DNA of 10,574 nt from Candidatus Krumholzibacteriia bacterium. Lineage in GTDB: Bacteria > Krumholzibacteriota > Krumholzibacteriia > LZORAL124-64-63. The translations under genes were made by a program, and so were the position numbers. Shown piece by piece: positions 1 to 5,547 of the stretch. Under the pieces are notes generated by a model. It was not told the origin of the DNA and searched no databases. It was given only the letters and a program-made list of their open reading frames with translations. How positions within the stretch are numbered: position 1 is the first letter of the stretch; each line of letters begins with the position of its first letter. Location of the stretch: the NCBI GenBank assembly GCA_036351155.1, contig JAZBOO010000118.1, positions 1 through 10,574 on the forward strand, given 5' to 3'.

Positions 1-1
1 C

Positions 2-178
2 ACTCCCATGACCCGCTTGAAAAACGGGGAGTTCAAGATCACCCTGGACCTGGAAACGGGGTCCGAGTACACCTTTCGCTACCTGATCGAAGGTGAAGTG
101 TGGGAAAACGACTGGGAAGCCGATAAATACGTGCCCAGTGGCATTGAGGGTCAGGACAACAGCGTGGTGGTGGTTTAA
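2..178 (+). CDS. 3' end of an isoamylase early-set / CBM48 (glycogen-binding, AMPK-beta-like) domain protein; 5'-truncated by the window edge and absent from the ORF track
   Basis: Frame 2 reads TPMTRLKNGEFKITLDLETGSEYTFRYLIEGEVWENDWEADKYVPSGIEGQDNSVVVV*, with TAA at 176-178. The pattern M..K.G.F...L.L..G..Y.FRYLI.G..W.ND..AD......G..NSV is the typical C-terminal half of small bacterial E-set/CBM48 proteins. Confidence 0.85.
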   Translation, partial: TPMTRLKNGEFKITLDLETGSEYTFRYLIEGEVWENDWEADKYVPSGIEGQDNSVVVV

Positions 179-202
179 TCCTCAAGAAAACCTTATAAAC
201 AC

Positions 203-229
203 TTAAGTAAAACACCTGCGTGTCGATAA
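203..229 (+). promoter_or_regulatory. Sigma-28 (FliA/SigD)-like promoter for the MCP gene
   Basis: TTAAGTAA(203-210)-N11-GTCGATAA(222-229) versus consensus TAAAGTTT-N11-GCCGATAA. Spacing is exact, and it lies upstream of a chemoreceptor, a classic sigma-28 target. Confidence 0.7.
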
Positions 230-260
230 AGTGCCTGGTTTCAATGCCAGGCATTTTTTT
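228..260 (+). terminator. Rho-independent terminator-like hairpin, probably for the upstream CBM48 gene
   Basis: TGCCTGG(232-238)/CCAGGCA(247-253) stem, extendable with AAAG/TTTT, 8-nt loop, followed by T7 (254-260). Confidence 0.7.
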
Positions 261-274
261 ATGGAGGGGTGAGG

Positions 275-2299
275 ATGAGTTTACGAAACCGGATTCTGTT
301 GCCCGTCATGGTGGCCATCCTGGTCGCCGGCATCGCCACATTCGTGGGTGTTTCCTTCGAAATCAAGCACATGGTAGATGACGAGGTGGCCCTGAAAGAA
401 GAAGCCACCCAGACGGCCGTTGATGACGCCGTGGACGGCAAAATCCACGAATACGAGGCCTTCCTGGCCGCTACCGGGAACCGGGTGCGCCAGCAGGCGG
501 CCTTGTTCTCGCGGCTGCCCGAAGTGCAAGACGCCTATCGTCTGGCCCACCAGGGCAATTTGCAAAACGAGTCGGATCCCCGGTGTCAGGCCGCCCGGGA
601 GCAGTTGCGCGGCGCTCTGGCGGTCTATGCCGAAGGTTACAAGGCCCAGTCCGGAGCCGATGACTTTCGCTTGCACTTTCACCTGCCCTCGGGGCGCAGC
701 CTGATCCGCCAGTGGCGTGATGGCTGGCAAACCAAGCGCGATGGCCAGAAGGTGGACATCAGCGACGATTTGACGGGATTCCGGCAAACCGTTGTCAAGG
801 TCAATCGGGACGGCCAGGCAGTGCAAGGCATCGAGGCCGGTCGCGGGGGATTCGCCATCCGCGGAGTGGTCCCGGTGCAGGACACCGATGGCTCAGAGCT
901 TGGTTCGGTGGAAGTCTTCAGCGATTTCAACCCCCTCTTGAACCAGCTGAAAAGCAACGACAAGATGGAGTTCGCCCTGTACATGGACGCCAGGCTCCTG
1001 GAAACCACCACCAAGCTTCAGGACCCCAAAAAGTATCCGGTCCTGGACAAGAAGTTCGTGTTTGTGGCCGCAACCAATCCCGAGATGGTGCAGCAGGTGA
1101 CCACCGTGGACATCCTGACCCGGGGTCAGCAAGAGCGTACCATCCATACTGCGGACAACACCAAGGTGGCGCTCTGGCCGGTGAAGGATTTTTCAGGAAT
1201 CCCCATAGGCGTCCTGGTCATGACCCGGGACATCACCGAGGAGAACGCAGCACTGGCCCAGATCCAGCAGGACGGTCGCAAACAGCTGGACCGCACCATG
1301 GTCATGGTCGGAGTGGCCACCTTTCTGGCCGTCGTGATCATTGGCGCTCTCATGTTCGGCATTGTGCGGCGCATCAACCAGACCCTCGAGCGACTCATCA
1401 TCGATCTTTCCGCCGGGGCCTCCCACATCACGCAGGCATCCGAACAGGTGGCCGGATCCAGCACTCAGCTGGCCGAAAGTTCAAGCACGGCAGCGGCCAA
1501 CCTGGAAGAAACCTCGGCGGCCCTGGCGCAGATGGCCGCCAGGACCAACCAGAACAGCGAAACCGCCGAACAGGCCAACAGCCTGGCCGAAAGTGCCAGA
1601 CGTGAGACCGACACCGGCACCGAGGCCATGAAGCGCATGAACGAGAGCATCGACCGCATCAAGAGCTCCAGTGACCAGACGGCCAAAATTCTGAAAACCA
1701 TCGATGAGATCGCTTTTCAGACCAACCTGCTGGCCTTGAATGCCGCCGTCGAGGCCGCCCGAGCTGGTGACGCGGGCAAGGGCTTCGCCGTGGTGGCCGA
1801 AGAGGTTCGTAACCTGGCGGGCCGCAGTGCGGAAGCAGCGCGGGACACAGCCATCCTGATCCAGGAGGCGCAGAACAACGCCGACCAGGGAGTCCAGGTC
1901 AACCGCGAGGTGGCGGAAATTCTGGGCCGTGTGGACGAAGCGGTCACCGGTGCGGCCGGCCTCATGTCCGAGGTCAACACTGCCAGCACCGAGCAATCCC
2001 ACGGTATCAACGAGATCACCAGGGCGGTGGACTCGATGGATGCCGTCACCCAGGGCAACGCCGCCAGTAGCGAGGAAATTGCCTCGGCGGGTGAGGAACT
2101 GAGTGCTCAGGCCAACGATTTGAATCAGATGGTGACCATACTGGAAGAACTGGTGACCGGTCGCCAAGGCGGAGCCTATCAGCGGCCCACGGCGATGTTT
2201 TCCTCGCCGGCTCCGCGGCCGGCCAGGATTTCCCCCACCGCCCCGAGCGCCGACGAGGTGATTCCTTTTTCCGAAGAAGACGAGAAAATCCTGCTCTGA
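275..2299 (+). CDS. Methyl-accepting chemotaxis protein with a periplasmic dCache_3-like sensor, two TM helices and no evident HAMP domain
   Basis: GGAGG at 263-267 favours ATG 275 over GTG 269. TM1 is [20 protein letters not shown]. The dCache_3-like motifs are [27 protein letters not shown] and [19 protein letters not shown]2 is [23 protein letters not shown]. The canonical tip [37 protein letters not shown] starts at 1709. Methylation-type motifs are [10 protein letters not shown] and [15 protein letters not shown]. Confidence 0.96.
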   Translation: MSLRNRILLPVMVAILVAGIATFVGVSFEIKHMVDDEVALKEEATQTAVDDAVDGKIHEYEAFLAATGNRVRQQAALFSRLPEVQDAYRLAHQGNLQNESDPRCQAAREQLRGALAVYAEGYKAQSGADDFRLHFHLPSGRSLIRQWRDGWQTKRDGQKVDISDDLTGFRQTVVKVNRDGQAVQGIEAGRGGFAIRGVVPVQDTDGSELGSVEVFSDFNPLLNQLKSNDKMEFALYMDARLLETTTKLQDPKKYPVLDKKFVFVAATNPEMVQQVTTVDILTRGQQERTIHTADNTKVALWPVKDFSGIPIGVLVMTRDITEENAALAQIQQDGRKQLDRTMVMVGVATFLAVVIIGALMFGIVRRINQTLERLIIDLSAGASHITQASEQVAGSSTQLAESSSTAAANLEETSAALAQMAARTNQNSETAEQANSLAESARRETDTGTEAMKRMNESIDRIKSSSDQTAKILKTIDEIAFQTNLLALNAAVEAARAGDAGKGFAVVAEEVRNLAGRSAEAARDTAILIQEAQNNADQGVQVNREVAEILGRVDEAVTGAAGLMSEVNTASTEQSHGINEITRAVDSMDAVTQGNAASSEEIASAGEELSAQANDLNQMVTILEELVTGRQGGAYQRPTAMFSSPAPRPARISPTAPSADEVIPFSEEDEKILL

Positions 2300-2325
2300 T
2301 GCCGGTTTCCAATCCCCCGGCAACT

Positions 2326-2355
2326 CCCTCTTGGCCTTCGGGCCAAGGGGGTTTT
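2326..2355 (+). terminator. Rho-independent terminator after the MCP gene
   Basis: CCCTCTTGGCC-TTCG-GGCCAAGGGGG is an 11-bp stem with one G-U pair and a cUUCGg tetraloop, followed by TTTTATT. Confidence 0.85.
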
Positions 2356-2360
2356 ATTAT
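2331..2360 (+). promoter_or_regulatory. Possible sigma-70-type promoter for the GntR gene overlapping the terminator
   Basis: TTGGCC(2331-2336)-N18-TATTAT(2355-2360). The match is only partial and may be coincidental. Confidence 0.25.
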
Positions 2361-2409
2361 GCGATCCACCCATACGCCCGTTCCACCACCTTGACCCGAG
2401 GCCAGTGCC

Positions 2410-3069
2410 GTGAAATTTCAGCGCCAACCCCTGCGCCAGGCCATCCAGAAGGAAATCCTGACTCGTATTGTCACCGGCAGCTTGCCGGCCGGCCAGCGGA
2501 TCAACGAAACTCATCTGGCCGATGACCTGGGCCTCAGCCGCACGCCGCTGCGCGAAGCCATGCTGTCCATGGCCGCGGCGGGCCACCTGCAAGCCGACAT
2601 GGGCAAGGGGTTCCTGGTGCCCGCCCTGGTCCAGGGGGAGATGGAAGAGTTGACCGAGATCCTGGCCTTGCTTCAGCCCCAGGCCCTGGGCCACGCCATG
2701 CCCCTCGAACCGGCCAACCTCGTGGAACTGAGCAATCACCTGAACCGGACCCGGATGTCCCTGCAGAGGCAGGGCGAGGGTCCGGCAGCAGGCCAGGCCC
2801 TGGCCACCCTGGTGATCAGCTGGAATGCGTCACTGCTGGGCAATGGTGATGGCGGTCATCTGGCCGGCGACATCCACCGGCTGGAAAATCTGGCCGCCCG
2901 GTACTGGTACCAGGCCGGGGTCAAGGGAATGCCCCAGGGTGAACTCCTGGCTTCGCTCCAGGGACTGTACGAGGTGATCAGGGAGGGCCAGAAGGATCGC
3001 GCCTGCCAGGTCTGGGGCGACCACATTGCCCACTTTGGCACCGAGGCCGCCGTCCGGGCGGTCAGCTGA
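2410..3069 (+). CDS. GntR-family transcriptional regulator (wHTH plus divergent FCD-like C-terminal domain)
   Basis: N-terminal LRQAIQKEILTRIVTGSLPAGQRINETHLADDLGLSRTPLREAM...GKGFLV is a GntR winged HTH. GAGG at 2398-2401 precedes the GTG start. Length of 219 aa and a helical C-terminus ending GQKDRACQVWGDHI fit the FadR/FCD subfamily. Confidence 0.9.
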   Translation: MKFQRQPLRQAIQKEILTRIVTGSLPAGQRINETHLADDLGLSRTPLREAMLSMAAAGHLQADMGKGFLVPALVQGEMEELTEILALLQPQALGHAMPLEPANLVELSNHLNRTRMSLQRQGEGPAAGQALATLVISWNASLLGNGDGGHLAGDIHRLENLAARYWYQAGVKGMPQGELLASLQGLYEVIREGQKDRACQVWGDHIAHFGTEAAVRAVS

Positions 3070-3090
3070 TCTCGTTCCCGCCACCCCGGC

Positions 3091-4491
3091 CTACTTGCCC
3101 GGAGGAGTGAAATGGTGGCGGACATAGTCATGCCCCCCCTCGGCGTTCATGAAATGTCCCTCCAGCTGGGCCTCGTAAACCCGGTCGAGAATTTCCTTGA
3201 GATGCGGTCCAGCCGGCCATCCCAGCTGGAGCAGATCCCGGCCCTGGACCAGGGCCTCGGGCTGGGCATCCATGACCGACAGGCGATGGGCTTTTTCGCT
3301 CAGCCAGGGCCCGGCGGGAAAGGGATCCGGTCCCAGGGGAGGACGACCCAGCGCATCGGCCCGGGCCACGCGTAGCAGGCGATCGATGCGGCCCACCCGC
3401 TTGGCCAGCCTGCGCACCGCGGCATCCGAAGCGTCGGCCTTCGCCAGCTGGGACGGGATCATGTGCTCCGCCACCAGAGGCAGCACCTGCAGCACCAGCT
3501 TGCGCTGGTTGGTCAGACGGGCCAGGAAACGCTCGGCCACCTCCACTCCTGCCTTCTCGTGCCCCAGCGCGCGCAGCCGACCTTCGGATTCCACTCGGGT
3601 GCACAAAGGCTTTCCCAGATCGTGGCAAAGCACCGCCAGCCCCACCACCAGGTCCTCTTGGGGATCACCGGTGCGTTCGGCGGCGAAGGCGTCCAGGCAG
3701 TGGCCGGTATGAGTCCAGACATCGCCCTCGGGATGGTGCCGGGGATCCTGGGGACATCCCACCGTGGCCTCGAGCTCGGGAAAGAACCGCAGCCAGGTGG
3801 TGTCGCGCAGAAAGCGCAGACCGCGGCCAGGCTCCTCCCCTTGCAAGATCAGTTTTTTCCACTCCTCGAAAACGCGCTCGGCAGGCAGATCTTCGAAGCC
3901 GATCCGCCGGCATTCGGCCAGGGTGCACGGCACCACATCCAGCAGAAAGCGTGCGACAAACTGCATGCCCCGCAGCACCCGCAGAGGATCCTCACCGAAG
4001 GCGGGGCTGGTGTGGCGCAGCAGTCGGTGGCCGAGATCGGAAAGGCCGCCGAAAGGGTCGGCCACCTCGTCCTGCAAGGGGTCGAAATAGATGGCGTTGA
4101 TGGTGAAGTCCCGGCGGGCGGCGGCCTCGGCCAGGGAAAGATCGGGATCCGCCGTCACGTCGAATTCGCGATGCCCTCGACCCGACTTGCTTTCCCGGCG
4201 CGGCAAGCCCACGTCGATGGGGGCCTCGCGCAACTTGAGGATGCCAAACGATTCCCCCACCAGATCCAGAGCGAACACGGCGCCCAGGGCCGCGCGCAGG
4301 TCGGGACCAGGCAGCCCGAACACCTCGAGGTCGAGATCTCTCTGGCCGTGACCCAGCACCCCGTCGCGCACAGTCCCGCCCACCAGCCAGGCACGTCCCC
4401 CGGCTTCGGCCACCAGGCGACACACGCGCAGCAGGATCTCACGATGACCGGTCTCGATACGGCTCAGATCTGGCTTGCCCACCTTGGCCAT
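3091..4491 (-). CDS. cca: Class II tRNA nucleotidyltransferase (CCA-adding enzyme / poly(A) polymerase family) with HD domain
   Basis: Motifs GGTVRD...RDLDLEV (DxD), RRDFTINA, EDPLRVLR and ERVFEEWKK. The RxE basic/acidic motif and flexible loop (PRRESKSGRGHREF) are present. HD region reads HHPEGDVWTHT...LCHDLGKP...GHE. AAAGGA RBS lies upstream of the ATG. Confidence 0.92.
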   Translation of the reverse strand: MAKVGKPDLSRIETGHREILLRVCRLVAEAGGRAWLVGGTVRDGVLGHGQRDLDLEVFGLPGPDLRAALGAVFALDLVGESFGILKLREAPIDVGLPRRESKSGRGHREFDVTADPDLSLAEAAARRDFTINAIYFDPLQDEVADPFGGLSDLGHRLLRHTSPAFGEDPLRVLRGMQFVARFLLDVVPCTLAECRRIGFEDLPAERVFEEWKKLILQGEEPGRGLRFLRDTTWLRFFPELEATVGCPQDPRHHPEGDVWTHTGHCLDAFAAERTGDPQEDLVVGLAVLCHDLGKPLCTRVESEGRLRALGHEKAGVEVAERFLARLTNQRKLVLQVLPLVAEHMIPSQLAKADASDAAVRRLAKRVGRIDRLLRVARADALGRPPLGPDPFPAGPWLSEKAHRLSVMDAQPEALVQGRDLLQLGWPAGPHLKEILDRVYEAQLEGHFMNAEGGHDYVRHHFTPPGK

Positions 4492-4500
4492 GGCGCATCC

Positions 4501-4529
4501 TTTACACGGCGGGTTTCCCTGGTGATATT
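4501..4529 (+). promoter_or_regulatory. Possible sigma-70 promoter for the EamA gene within the divergent cca/EamA intergenic region
   Basis: TTTACA(4501-4506)-N17-GATATT(4524-4529) in a locally AT-richer divergent spacer. Confidence 0.3.
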
Positions 4530-4575
4530 GGATCCTTCTTCATGTTATAGACAGCCTCGAAAAAAGGAAACCCCT

Positions 4576-5463
4576 TTGCCCACCGGCTCTCAGCCCGCAG
4601 TTCCCCGTGCGCCCGAGTCACCCCGTGACAACATGGGGCGGGCCATGGCCTGGATGGTGCTGTCGGGGCTGAGTTTTGCCCTCATGGGTGCCATGGTGAA
4701 GTATTCGGGGGACGTGGGCCTGCACGCCAAGGTTTTCTTCCGGAACCTGGTGACCCTGGGCATCACCTCGGCCATGGCGATCCGGCTGGGCGAAAACCCC
4801 CTGTCCCGCAGCCCCTTCTGGGGACGCATGTTGCTGCGGTCGTTTTCCGGACTGGCCGGAGTTTTTCTGTACTTCCTGGCCATCGGCCACCTGAACCTGG
4901 CCGATGCCAGCCTGCTGAACAAGACCTCGCCATTTTTCGTCACCCTGTTTGCGGTCATTTTCCTGGGGGAAACGCTGAACCGGGGCCTGGTGACGGCTCT
5001 GGTGATCGCCTTTCTGGGCGCCCTGCTCATCATCAAGCCCAGCTTCGATGTATCGGCCCTGCCCGCCCTGGCCGGCTTCGGTTCGGGCATGTTCGCAGGG
5101 CTGGCTTACACCCTGGTGCGCGCCATGAAGGACCAGGTGAGCCCCAACCGGATCATCTTCACGTTCTCCCTGGTGTCGACCCTGGCCACCGGACCCCTGC
5201 TCCTGCTGAACCCGGTGCACCCCACGGGCGGACAGTGGCTGGCTCTGGTGGGAACCGGTGTTTTCGCCGCCGGGGGTCAGTACGGGCTTACCTTCGCCTA
5301 CCATCATGCGCGGGCTTCCCGCATCTCCATTTTCACCTATCTGCATGTTCTTTTTGCTCTGATCGTGGGGTTCGCCCTCTGGAATGAGCGGCCTGATCTG
5401 GCCAGTGTGGTGGGAGGTGTCCTGATCGTGGTCGCGGCGGTGATTTCCCGGAGAAATCAGTAA
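4576..5463 (+). CDS. DMT/EamA-family transporter (two EamA repeats, about 10 TM helices)
   Basis: This is the hydrophobic C-terminal part of ORF 3463..5463. Motifs include VFFRNLV, RMLLRSFSGLAGVFLYFLAI, LADASLLNKTSPFFVTLFAVIFLGE, LLIIKP, GQYGLTFAY and ALWNERPD. Start is TTG 4576 (AAGGA at 4564-4568, 295 aa); ATG 4633 is the alternative. Confidence 0.9.
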   Translation: MPTGSQPAVPRAPESPRDNMGRAMAWMVLSGLSFALMGAMVKYSGDVGLHAKVFFRNLVTLGITSAMAIRLGENPLSRSPFWGRMLLRSFSGLAGVFLYFLAIGHLNLADASLLNKTSPFFVTLFAVIFLGETLNRGLVTALVIAFLGALLIIKPSFDVSALPALAGFGSGMFAGLAYTLVRAMKDQVSPNRIIFTFSLVSTLATGPLLLLNPVHPTGGQWLALVGTGVFAAGGQYGLTFAYHHARASRISIFTYLHVLFALIVGFALWNERPDLASVVGGVLIVVAAVISRRNQ

Positions 5464-5487
5464 ACCCACGCCGAATTCCGCCGATCA
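5461..5487 (+). promoter_or_regulatory. Sigma-28 (FliA/SigD)-like promoter for the chemoreceptor-derived gene
   Basis: TAAA(5461-5464)-N15-GCCGATCA(5480-5487) versus consensus TAAA-N15-GCCGATAA: one mismatch, exact spacing. The -35 TAAA includes the EamA stop codon. Confidence 0.75.
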
Positions 5488-5547
5488 AATGCCCAGAACA
5501 CCGGGAAAAACTATCCCGCATCGTTATGGCATTTACGGAGGAATTCC

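Noticed and set aside
196..215. Short direct repeat TAAACAC / TAAAACAC in the AT-rich spacer, possible regulator or IHF site
   Set aside because: Too short, a poor match to the IHF consensus, and it overlaps the sigma-28 -35 element. It cannot be distinguished from chance.
179..262. Possible c-di-GMP riboswitch upstream of the MCP (terminator adjacent to the SD)
   Set aside because: No GEMM-type features (GGCAAAC / GNRA loop with receptor) and too little sequence for an aptamer. A sigma-28 promoter explains the region better.
3091..4491. Possible split CC-adding or A-adding enzyme, poly(A) polymerase, or defence-type nucleotidyltransferase
   Set aside because: EDxxR template motif, RxE motif, flexible loop and HD domain are all present, and there are no accessory CBS/DHH domains or defence neighbours. 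A housekeeping CCA enzyme is the simplest reading, though specificity cannot be proven from sequence alone.
3463..4575. N-terminal ~370 aa of the 666-aa ORF 3463..5463, suggesting a large fusion transporter
   Set aside because: It is the antisense shadow of cca, open because of high-GC codon bias. A proper RBS and TTG at 4576 give a normal-sized EamA protein.
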